A stretch of 61,398 nt of DNA. Origin: an uncultured Anaerolineaceae bacterium (lineage in GTDB: Bacteria; Chloroflexota; Anaerolineae; Anaerolineales; UBA4823). The notes under the pieces were generated by a model. That model was not told the origin of the DNA and searched no databases. It was given only the letters and a program-made list of their open reading frames with translations. The translations under genes and the position numbers were made by a program. Each line of letters starts with the position of its first letter. The first letter of the stretch is position 1. The stretch spans positions 1 through 61,398 of the forward strand of contig CAZGIX010000004.1 of the NCBI GenBank assembly GCA_964525785.1. The letters are read 5' to 3'. Of this stretch, positions 37,101 through 45,245 are shown piece after piece.

Positions 37101-39281
37101 GCGCGTCAGGCTGCCCCACTGGCGATTAGAGCTGATCAAGATATAATCCGCCTGGTCCAAAATACCGAGAAAGCGCTGCAGTTTCTCGGCGTTATCGTCG
37201 GTGTACATATTGAAGTTCAGGCCCGCCTGGTAAATGCCGCCAAATGCGTCATATCCGCCGACGCGCAGCGGCAGCCCGTCATCCCAGTCGCCCTCGTTGG
37301 CAGGCGCTTCCCCACTCAGGGTAAAGGCCCCACCACCCTCTTCAAGCGTCAGGGTCAGTTGGTACGACCTGTTCTCCTCTAGATCTACCGGCTGATCCAG
37401 CTGCAGCTTGTACGCCTCGCCGCGCGGGTCATCAACAACTCCAAAAGATGATCTCACTGTTGCGGTGGCGAGGAATTCATCCTCACCCGCCGCTTTGATC
37501 GAGAGGCTTAACAGCTTAGGACTGAGATCGGATTGGATATCCAGCACGTGCACCAGGTGCACTTCCCTCAGCACACCATCCGCGGCGGCAGTCAGGTTAG
37601 CGCTGTATGGCAGCCCGACCTGGATGGCAGCGCCATAGGGGAAGGCCAGCGGCTGGTTGTATATCCCCTCCGGGGTTTCGATCTTCAGATTAATTGGCCC
37701 GTAGATGTTCTGGTAAATCCAGCGTGAGGCTTCCACGCGTGTAATTGGGCGTGTGTATATGCGTGAAAATCCATACGCCCAGGCAAACGTGCTCACCAGT
37801 ACCAGCCCCCCGATAACGGCTGCCAGGAGGGAGCTCCAGCGTATTCGCCTGCCGGTAGTTACTCGCCTGCGGTCATAAAGTGCAAACACCGACCAGGCGG
37901 CAAAGATCGCCAGCGCAGGATAGATCGGAAGCTGGTAGCGCATGGTCGGATTGAACTGCAGCGACTGCCAGACGAAGTAGAAAGCTGTCCAGCCCCACAG
38001 CAGCACATGGCGGTACAGTTCCAGGCGCTCGGAGGATTTATCCGACAGCATCCGCCAGCCCGCCCATAAAAAGCCAGCCCAACCCAGGATGCCCAATGGT
38101 AATCCCAATCCCCACAGGACCATATTCTGAGCGGAGAACCATACCGGACGCCTCGCCCACTGCAGGGAAGGCGGGTAATCGACATCGCCGGTCGCCTGGT
38201 TGCGCTGCTCCTGGATGTCCGCGACCCAATCCGGATTCGGCTTGAGTCCAAAGAATCCCGGCCCGCTGAAGGCATAAGGCTGGAAGGTGCGGAAGATTAG
38301 CACACTGAGCAGCGCACCGACCGCCAGATAACCGATGATCTCGCCCAGGCGCCCGAATCGCCGGTCGGTTGGCTGCTTGAGCCACTGCAAGGCGAAAGCC
38401 GCTGGCAGCATTAAGGCGACCGGCGCAGCATTCAGCTTGGATGCCACTGCGCACCCAAGAGCAATCCCGAAACCGATGCTCAGCAAGAAAAGTGGATTCT
38501 TTATAAAAGCTAACAGCCGGTCGCGGAGTGTAAAGCTGCGGCTGACTGCAGGCAAAACAATTGGATCCGCTTGTGCCTCTTCCTCCAGGATAGACATATC
38601 TATTCTTGGAGCCAGAAGGTTGTCTGGGTTCGTCGGAGGCGCTTCGGCAGCCTGCCACTCACAGGTCGCTACCCGTACTGCAAAGTAGATCGCCAGGTAA
38701 ATGAACAAGTTCAGGAAGGTATCCATGGTGAAGAAGTGAGACTGCTGGATCAGCAGCACCGTGGCAGCCGAGAAAGCCGCCGCCAGCAATCCCACGCGGC
38801 GATCATACAGGCGAGTAGCGATTAAATAAACAACAATCAGAGCCAGCAGATCCGATAGGGCCGAGAGTGCCCGCCCGGCATTGGTCATTTCATTGAAACC
38901 TGAATGACCGTAGACCCACTCCACCACGTAGCGGGTCAGGAACATCGGCAGTGTGCCGTAGACATAAAAGCCGTGTCCGCGATTATTGGGATTCAGGGTG
39001 GAATTGACGGTGTCAAAGTACTCAGAGATGCCCATCCAGGATTTTTTCTCGGCTGGGCAGTCGTTGAGCGAGTATACCGGGTCGCTGCATTTCAGCGGCG
39101 AGATATCTGAACCTACCCAGACCAGAAAGCGTTCGTCAGGGTGCAGGTATTGATACTCCCCCCAATCAAGTCCCACGAAACGGAAAAACGCTCCTGCCAG
39201 AAGGATGACCAGCAGCAGCAGATCAAAGATCAGGGAATAAAGGGCTTTGGGCTTTGCCTGCGATACCGTATATGTTGTCAT
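34167..39281 (-). CDS. 1704 aa fusion: GT39/PMT-like domain, extracytoplasmic domain and DUF2298 domain
   Basis: N-terminal FRFVGLDW...HPDE and YVYGTLP. C-terminal GERPMD, PPYDPWYAG, YYYYG, EFPFFT..YGDLHAH, NTWD, NTVFKFY. Confidence 0.85.
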   Translation of the reverse strand: MTTYTVSQAKPKALYSLIFDLLLLVILLAGAFFRFVGLDWGEYQYLHPDERFLVWVGSDISPLKCSDPVYSLNDCPAEKKSWMGISEYFDTVNSTLNPNNRGHGFYVYGTLPMFLTRYVVEWVYGHSGFNEMTNAGRALSALSDLLALIVVYLIATRLYDRRVGLLAAAFSAATVLLIQQSHFFTMDTFLNLFIYLAIYFAVRVATCEWQAAEAPPTNPDNLLAPRIDMSILEEEAQADPIVLPAVSRSFTLRDRLLAFIKNPLFLLSIGFGIALGCAVASKLNAAPVALMLPAAFALQWLKQPTDRRFGRLGEIIGYLAVGALLSVLIFRTFQPYAFSGPGFFGLKPNPDWVADIQEQRNQATGDVDYPPSLQWARRPVWFSAQNMVLWGLGLPLGILGWAGFLWAGWRMLSDKSSERLELYRHVLLWGWTAFYFVWQSLQFNPTMRYQLPIYPALAIFAAWSVFALYDRRRVTTGRRIRWSSLLAAVIGGLVLVSTFAWAYGFSRIYTRPITRVEASRWIYQNIYGPINLKIETPEGIYNQPLAFPYGAAIQVGLPYSANLTAAADGVLREVHLVHVLDIQSDLSPKLLSLSIKAAGEDEFLATATVRSSFGVVDDPRGEAYKLQLDQPVDLEENRSYQLTLTLEEGGGAFTLSGEAPANEGDWDDGLPLRVGGYDAFGGIYQAGLNFNMYTDDNAEKLQRFLGILDQADYILISSNRQWGSLTRLPERFPLTTVYYRELLGCPPERSIISCYVAARPGMFQGSLGFELVKVFQSDPSIGALSINDQSAEEAFTVYDHPKVLIFKKTEAHDSEQVSQILGTVDLTQVVHVTPKKAGSNPANLLLPAVRWAEQQSGGTWSEIFDTSAAQNSSQILAVLFWYLSVGLLGLIVYPMIRLALPGLNDRGYPLARVFGLLLLSYLAWLAGSVRIPVNRITISILLLVMVLVSLTLAYRQRGDLRRELGQRWKYILAVEALFLGFFLLDLLIRFGNPDLWHPWKGGERPMDFSYFNAVIKSTSFPPYDPWYAGGYLNYYYYGFVLMGVLVELLGIVPSIAYNLIIPTVFALIAMGAFSLAWNLAAARAGSESDYPASGRFLSSRSRPYWVGLAGAVGTALLGNLGTLRMIFQGYQRLVAPGGMVGEAGVLTRWMWAFQGFFRSFGSAGLPYSLGDWYWIPSRAIPAPGDVEPITEFPFFTVLYGDLHAHLVALPITLLVLAFAVSVILGRARWQGILGTVFGFVLGGLAIGALRPTNTWDFYTYLALGCVALLYTVWKYYQPKKGSRSSLLGIFYSLPDSSQRLVAAGGAILVLVALSMLLYQPYSNWYALGYNKIDLWKGTHTPLGSYLVHWGVFLFVIVTWMVWETREWLAATPLSALKKLEQYKIWIQLAIVLLLALVAVLVLIKVSIAWFILPLAAWAGVLLLRPRLPDAKRAVLFLVGTGLVLTLMVEAIVLRGDIGRMNTVFKFYLQIWTFFSISAAAALGWVIIALPAWYPRGRAAWQVLLAGLVAAAALFPMLATLAKIEDRMDPRTPHTLDGMAYMQYASYDDEWGRMDLSQDYRAIRWMQENVVGSPVIVEANLRNLYRWGSRYSIYTGLPGVVGWEWHQQQQRAILPGNWVSDRIAEIDNFYLTTDLQQVINFLKKYNVRYIILGQQERGYYTLPRLLTERGYTSSLGLEKFQMANGDLWREVYRDGDTVIYEVPEQ

Positions 39282-39321
39282 TGTCCAGGTTGCGCCAATT
39301 AACCGAGCTTACCCGTCGCTT

Positions 39322-41496
39322 TCATTGCTGCGGTGGGACAAAATACATATAAAAGTTGTGGTTCTCTACCGCAGAGAAATACTCTTGCAGCACTCCCTGT
39401 GGGTAGAGGCTTTGCAGGGCCAGCAAGCCCTGGGTATCTTCCGGCTTCACCAGGAAGAGTTTGGCGCGTAAATCAGCAGCAGTCTCCTGAAGCTGGTCGG
39501 GCCAGATAGCATAATCTTTCAGCGGATATCCGGCGTTAATACCGACCAGACGGGTATCTACCCAATGTGGAAACGCCACCACCCAGGCGGTATCTGGCGT
39601 ACCGACCGACCCGGTGAACTGTCGAATGACTTTACCCATCTCAGAGGTATTCCAGGATGATTGCCGGTACACGCGCTGGTATTCGTTGAAGACCAGGCGG
39701 TAGTTTTGTACACTTGCCAGGATTACCAGGATGGCAGCCATTCCCCAGGCGAGGTATGATCCCGCGGGCTGGCTCAGGCGAGATTCGGCTGCTGACATCA
39801 GTCCATCCAGGCAGAGAGCCGCGATCAAAAACACAGGCACGATGGCTCCTGCCATACGGTTGAGCGACGGATTTTCGCCGGGAAACGCCAGGGAAAGGAT
39901 CGAGGGCATCAAGAGCATTGGTACGCTGAGCAGCAGAAACAGATCCAACCAATTGCGCTTACGCAGGTAGCGCACGAGCAGCAGCCCACATCCCAGGTAG
40001 AACAATGCCGCCGATATGACATCCAGAGCCGGGCGGTGGGTCACCGAGGTGACCCAGATTTCGCCGTCATCCCAGGCGAACATCGTCAGTGCCTTCCACA
40101 GGTTTTCCAGGAAGATTGTGCCGGCGGGTCCTGGCAAAGGCTGCTCCGTAGTCCCCAGGCGCGAGAAAGCGCGAAAAGAGAACATCCCAGGATTCTCCAG
40201 GGCATACCGCATGAGGGGTAGAAACACCAGCAGCGCCGCCAGCGCCAGCACCCCCAGACACCAGATGGTCTGCTTCCTCAGCCCCAGGCTCTGCCGGTGG
40301 ATCAGATATAAACCAACTCCCACCAGGACAACAACCGGCAAGATTCGGATCGGGGTATAGCCGTGCAGGCCAATCCCCAGAAACAGGCCTGACAATATAA
40401 AATCATTGCGGTTGGAGGTGCGAATACCTCGAATTAGATAATACAAAGTAGGTGCTACGAACAGCGTGTACAGCGGGAAGCGCAGCCCCACCCTCGAGAT
40501 CACATTGGGCCAGTAAGCGATACCAGCCAGAAGCACTGCAAACAAACCGATGCGCCGGCTGCCCAGCTCCTTTCCCAGGGAGTACATAAACGGCAGCGCT
40601 AGCAGGCCTGCCAGGATTGTGCCGATTTTCAGGCTCAAAAACGAGTAGCCAGTGTTTAAAACCTGCACAATTGCTGCCGTCAGGTACATCTGCAAGGCTT
40701 CTCGCCCGGTATTGCGCGGGAAAAAGATGCGCGTCTCACCATGGACGACATCCCAGACATCCAACAGCTTCTCAGCCTGGTCGCTGACCATCTCAGGCGG
40801 CACCTGTTCTAACTGGTATACACGAAAGAAGATAGCCACTGCAGCCACCGCCAGCACCAGAACCGTCCAGCGGGTGATCGTCAATCGCCACTCTCTCTTT
40901 GTAAGCAGTTTGCGCAGCTTATGGAAGATCGACGATCCCCGCTCGCCAGGCAGCCATAATGCGTAGACGATGGCAGCCACAGCCAGAATCCACAGGAGGA
41001 CATTCAGGGAAGTAAACTTGTTGCCGCCCATGCTGACGAAGGCCAGCAGCACCAGCGGGATCCCGGCAAACAATCCATAGCGCCTTACCGTCATAGGCTC
41101 CCCGCGTGGCTCAGCCTCGGGCAAGGAAGCCGGGAGCCATTCGTCTCGCCAGGTGGCGACAAAAAGAAAGGCAAAAGCCAGCAGGTAGAGAAAAACGCCC
41201 GGCAGCCAGGCACGCTGATCGGTCGGTTCCAGCGAGACATGTGCTAGGAGCGCCAGCCCCATCGAGAGCAGCGACAGCCAGGGCAGTACCCTGGCGTCTG
41301 CCTTTATCTTGGGCTCAATCCGGACTTGCTCAATGGATGAGCCAGCTGTAATTTGCTCTGCAGAAGGGGAAATGGTCGCATTTGGCTCGACCGTCAACTC
41401 AACATCAGCAAGTATATGCTCAGCTTGAGGCAGTGAGCTTCGCCAGGGCATTAACCTGGCCTTGAGATAATCCAGGAGACTCGGTTCTTCCATCAC
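39322..41496 (-). CDS. GT39/PMT-like (ArnT-like) membrane glycosyltransferase
   Basis: IFFRVYQLEQVPPEMVSDQAE loop, FPRNTGRE, many TM helices, PNxNR-like PSLNR motif. GTG start overlaps the upstream stop. Confidence 0.75.
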   Translation of the reverse strand: MMEEPSLLDYLKARLMPWRSSLPQAEHILADVELTVEPNATISPSAEQITAGSSIEQVRIEPKIKADARVLPWLSLLSMGLALLAHVSLEPTDQRAWLPGVFLYLLAFAFLFVATWRDEWLPASLPEAEPRGEPMTVRRYGLFAGIPLVLLAFVSMGGNKFTSLNVLLWILAVAAIVYALWLPGERGSSIFHKLRKLLTKREWRLTITRWTVLVLAVAAVAIFFRVYQLEQVPPEMVSDQAEKLLDVWDVVHGETRIFFPRNTGREALQMYLTAAIVQVLNTGYSFLSLKIGTILAGLLALPFMYSLGKELGSRRIGLFAVLLAGIAYWPNVISRVGLRFPLYTLFVAPTLYYLIRGIRTSNRNDFILSGLFLGIGLHGYTPIRILPVVVLVGVGLYLIHRQSLGLRKQTIWCLGVLALAALLVFLPLMRYALENPGMFSFRAFSRLGTTEQPLPGPAGTIFLENLWKALTMFAWDDGEIWVTSVTHRPALDVISAALFYLGCGLLLVRYLRKRNWLDLFLLLSVPMLLMPSILSLAFPGENPSLNRMAGAIVPVFLIAALCLDGLMSAAESRLSQPAGSYLAWGMAAILVILASVQNYRLVFNEYQRVYRQSSWNTSEMGKVIRQFTGSVGTPDTAWVVAFPHWVDTRLVGINAGYPLKDYAIWPDQLQETAADLRAKLFLVKPEDTQGLLALQSLYPQGVLQEYFSAVENHNFYMYFVPPQQ

Positions 41497-42215
41497 GGTT
41501 TTTTGGCCAGGACAATCAGGCTCTCACCCATTCGAAGGGGTATGATACTCCATCCCATGACTGCCTGCAAGCCCCCCGGCGCGCCGAAGACCAGCTTTTG
41601 GAGTTTGGCTGGCAGCCAGGTCAGGTAGGGTGCATCCCAAAAACCGTCCGAGAAAACGCGCCTGATTTGTAATCCCTGCTGGCGGATGCAGCCGAGCCAA
41701 TCAGAAGGTGTCTTCAAGCTGATATGCGTAGGATCTTTGTAGCCCACCCAGTTCTCTTTCTTACGTTTACGCATCGGCGAATCAAGATTAGGAGTAGCCA
41801 GCAGCAGCACCCCACCCGGTGCAAGAACCCGGCCCATTTCAGATATGGCTTTTTCCGGATGCGGCAGATGCTCGACCACGTGCTTGGCGATCACAATTTG
41901 AAAGCTCTCAGACAGGAAGGCGCTTAAATCCTCAGCCGAGAGCATAGCAAAGTTGCCGCCCGGTACATTCTGGCGCGCTTGGGAGAGCGCCCAGGCGTTG
42001 ATATCAGAACCGTAGACCTGGTAGCGGTCCGCCAGCCAGGTCAGCAGATGCCCCAACCCACAGCCGATTTCCAGCACACGCCCTTGAGGTGGGCCGTAGC
42101 GGCGGGCAAGCCTGGCGTAATAGCGATTCGACCACCAGTACTGGCTGTATTTCCGGAAAGAGACATCCGCATAGGCGGCGGTCTTGAAATAGCTTTCGTC
42201 AAATGGGTGGCTCAT
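41493..42215 (-). CDS. Class I SAM-dependent methyltransferase
   Basis: VLEIGCGLG motif I, GSDIN, HVVEHL, VLAPGG..LLATPN. Confidence 0.9.
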   Translation of the reverse strand: MSHPFDESYFKTAAYADVSFRKYSQYWWSNRYYARLARRYGPPQGRVLEIGCGLGHLLTWLADRYQVYGSDINAWALSQARQNVPGGNFAMLSAEDLSAFLSESFQIVIAKHVVEHLPHPEKAISEMGRVLAPGGVLLLATPNLDSPMRKRKKENWVGYKDPTHISLKTPSDWLGCIRQQGLQIRRVFSDGFWDAPYLTWLPAKLQKLVFGAPGGLQAVMGWSIIPLRMGESLIVLAKKP

Positions 42216-42997
42216 GGCTTACGGGCGATATAAAAGGTAAAAACCCCTTGTGGATCTGGAACTGCCTGGCTGTAAGGGCGTACCAGGCGGTCCGTAAGCG
42301 CCAGGTTCCAGCGCACTGGAGCGATGATCCAACGCCGGAACAGAGCATGGGGAAGCAAGGTCGGCGCGCCGAAATAATGGCCCCACTCCAGCACGCGCAT
42401 GGCCTGGGGGGAAAAATAGTGCCACCATTCATCGAGCACGAAACCTGTCCGCTCCAGCCAGGTTTGCCAGGTCTGTGGTGGCTCGGCATGCTGGACGCGC
42501 GACATGCGGCGGAACCAATCCGTGTAGGCCTCGCCCAATCCGAGCAAGCCGAGGGATTTCAGGTGCGCAGGGATCGATAACTGGCTGAGATAACCGGGAT
42601 TAGGCACGCAGAAGATGAAGGGCGCCTCAGACTTCAGCACGCGGGCGGTCTCTGCCAGGACAGCTTCGACATGGGGAATATGCTCCAGGACAGAATTGCT
42701 GATGGCGCTGGCAAAGTAGCCATCCGGAAATGGCAAACGACCACCATCCGCCTGCACCAGGGAGCGATAGCCACCTAGCCGAGCAGCCTGGCGGATCGGC
42801 CCGCCCCACGGATCGATACCTACCTCCAGCGGGCGGTCGAATGCCACGCTGGCGAAGTGCCCATCCCCACAGCCGACATCCAGCGTCGGGGCGGGCAGCT
42901 CGAGGTCCTGGTAGAAGGACGCCTCCACAGCTCGCAGCATGGCGCGGAAATAAGGCAGGTCGCGCAGGTGAAGCCAGAGGAAGTCTTTAGAGGTCAT
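42212..42997 (-). CDS. Class I SAM-dependent methyltransferase
   Basis: LDVGCGDG motif I, GIDP, LPFPDGYF, SNSVLEHIP, CVPN. Confidence 0.9.
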   Translation of the reverse strand: MTSKDFLWLHLRDLPYFRAMLRAVEASFYQDLELPAPTLDVGCGDGHFASVAFDRPLEVGIDPWGGPIRQAARLGGYRSLVQADGGRLPFPDGYFASAISNSVLEHIPHVEAVLAETARVLKSEAPFIFCVPNPGYLSQLSIPAHLKSLGLLGLGEAYTDWFRRMSRVQHAEPPQTWQTWLERTGFVLDEWWHYFSPQAMRVLEWGHYFGAPTLLPHALFRRWIIAPVRWNLALTDRLVRPYSQAVPDPQGVFTFYIARKP

Positions 42998-44144
42998 TAG
43001 TTAAGAGCGTTGTATACAGATTCTCGTATTCCCCAGCCACCGTATCTGAGGAGAACTGCCGGGAAATCCCTGCTGGGTCGCCTCGATAATCCTCGGGCCG
43101 TTCCAGGACTTTGAGAACTGCTTTGGAGAGCATACCCGCATCTGCCGGGGGGATAATCTCGCCCATACCCGTCATCAGCACCGGTTGCCGTACGCCGGGC
43201 AAGTCGGTGGCTACCACTGGAGTGCCGCAGCTCATGGCTTCTACCTGCACCATCCCGAAGGATTCCGTGCTGTTCAGGCTGGGCAGTACAAGTACATCGC
43301 AACTAGAAAGGAAAGCAGTGAAATCGCCATTAGATAATATGCCTAAAAATCGCCAATGGTCGCCCAGGCGTTCAATCAAGGGAGCCAGCCTCTGAGCATA
43401 TGCCTGCTCTCCAAAAACATTCTGGTATTGACCGACAAAAAGGACGCGCGCCTGCGGGTAATGCTCCAGGATAGTGGGTAGTGCCTGTACCAAATACTCG
43501 ACACCCTTTTCTGTGGCCAAACGCGCCGCCATGCCGATTACTGGCTGGCCCACCTGGATGCCCGCCATTCCCCGGAATGCTTCCATTTCAGCCTGCACCA
43601 CGGGTAAGATTTCGACCGGCGGTAAAACATAGCGAAGCTTGGGAAGGTAGGGCTTTAGAAAAGTTGAGTGCTCAGCATAATCGCGGGTGTTTGTGACGAT
43701 CACCCTGGCGGCTGCAGCTGAGATCCGGTTGGCGATATGCGAAACCTGGTTGGCCACCGCGTGGATAAGACCCTGTGGAAGGCGCAGGTCACAGTGGTAG
43801 GTCAGCACTACCGGCTTGCCAAGCCAGCGACCAATCACCGCGATCCCGGCGGCATCCAGCTGAGGGACGTGCAGGTTGATTATATCCGCCTGGCTTGCTA
43901 GCTTCCACGCCCAGACCGGCATGTGCGGCATGATCACCCCTTTGCTGACATGCATCAGCACTGGCATGCGCAGGATCTGGACCCCGTCGCGCTGCTCTCG
44001 CAGGGGCAGATCACGATTGTAGTGAGAAGTTAATATGCTCACCGCATGGCCGCGCCTCGCCAGGGCGCGTGCCAGCCGGTCGGCGTAGATCGTAAGACCG
44101 GAGTAGTGGGGCCGGTAATACGTCAATGCCATCAGAATTCGCAT
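42987..44144 (-). CDS. GT4 (GT-B) glycosyltransferase
   Basis: YYRP..SG N-terminus, RLATEKG, LPS..STESFGMVQVEAM (EX7E). Confidence 0.93.
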   Translation of the reverse strand: MRILMALTYYRPHYSGLTIYADRLARALARRGHAVSILTSHYNRDLPLREQRDGVQILRMPVLMHVSKGVIMPHMPVWAWKLASQADIINLHVPQLDAAGIAVIGRWLGKPVVLTYHCDLRLPQGLIHAVANQVSHIANRISAAAARVIVTNTRDYAEHSTFLKPYLPKLRYVLPPVEILPVVQAEMEAFRGMAGIQVGQPVIGMAARLATEKGVEYLVQALPTILEHYPQARVLFVGQYQNVFGEQAYAQRLAPLIERLGDHWRFLGILSNGDFTAFLSSCDVLVLPSLNSTESFGMVQVEAMSCGTPVVATDLPGVRQPVLMTGMGEIIPPADAGMLSKAVLKVLERPEDYRGDPAGISRQFSSDTVAGEYENLYTTLLTNDL

Positions 44145-44153
44145 TGGATGGAC

Positions 44154-45245
44154 TTACCCCTGCCGCTCGGATTGCAGGCCGCGCACGCGCCGGTACAAGC
44201 CGGCCAGCGATTCCCCGTCCCTGACCAGTGCATATATCCCCAACACACCGGTGACGATGTACTGTAAGAGGTGTGCCGTGATAGCGGCTGCCAGCGCGAC
44301 AGAGGTATCCACGCCAAAGAGCGCCTGCGATCCGACCATGGCGGCTTCGAAGACTCCGACTGCCCCAGGGGAAGAGGGAGCAGCAATCCCCAGCGCAGTC
44401 ACAGCCAGGCTGAAGCTCGACCAGAGCAGCCTGGTGCTGGGGATAAAAGCCAATAGAAGGAAATAAAATTGGAAGATAGCAATTAACCAATCCAGCATGA
44501 CCCAAAACATTGCACGCAGAAACCGTTTGCCATCGGTGAGGATCGAGAGCCCATCGAAGAAGGCCGGTACAGCTCTGCCTAGTAAACGGCGTACTATCGG
44601 CAGCCGGTCCGCGACCCGGTTGAAAATCCCCAACGCCCAGGCGCGGTTCCGTGCCAGCAGGTACATACCCAGGAATGCCAATAGGATGATCACGGCAATG
44701 GAGGCGGCAATTGGAAGCTGGTTGCCGGCGCCTACCACAAATGGCAGTGTGCAAAACAGCAATCCTACAGCCAGAGTCAAGTCCATGATTCTCTCGATGA
44801 TGATGGTGGTCAGCACCTCCCAGAATCCTACGGGAGCCTTACGGCTGAGAAGAAATGCCCGGGCGACCTCCCCCAATCGAAAGGGAAGCAGGTTATTGAT
44901 CAGATAGCCTTCGTTCAGCGTCCAGAATACCGCCGGGTAAGCAGCTTTCTCCTGCAGGAGGGTCCGCCAGAACATCCCGCGCACCATCAGCCAGACGAGC
45001 ATGAAGCCCATTGCCAGGAACACCAGCCGCAGGTCCGCCAACAGCAAGGCCTGTCGGAGCTTTTCCAGATCGGCAAAATAAAAGACGACGATCAGGGAGA
45101 CCAGGCTGACGAGTACACCAGGCAGTATCCGGCGCCACTCGACCCGGCCGCGCCTGTCGTTATCCAGAGGGTTCTGGGCAGGAGCATTAATATTATTCTT
45201 CTCCGTATCGCAACACTGCCAGGAACGCTTCCTGCGGAATCTCAA
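44154..45245 (-). CDS. UPF0104 / LPG_synthase_TM family putative lipid flippase (start uncertain)
   Basis: [44 protein letters not shown]. Confidence 0.85.
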   Translation of the reverse strand: MRFRRKRSWQCCDTEKNNINAPAQNPLDNDRRGRVEWRRILPGVLVSLVSLIVVFYFADLEKLRQALLLADLRLVFLAMGFMLVWLMVRGMFWRTLLQEKAAYPAVFWTLNEGYLINNLLPFRLGEVARAFLLSRKAPVGFWEVLTTIIIERIMDLTLAVGLLFCTLPFVVGAGNQLPIAASIAVIILLAFLGMYLLARNRAWALGIFNRVADRLPIVRRLLGRAVPAFFDGLSILTDGKRFLRAMFWVMLDWLIAIFQFYFLLLAFIPSTRLLWSSFSLAVTALGIAAPSSPGAVGVFEAAMVGSQALFGVDTSVALAAAITAHLLQYIVTGVLGIYALVRDGESLAGLYRRVRGLQSERQG

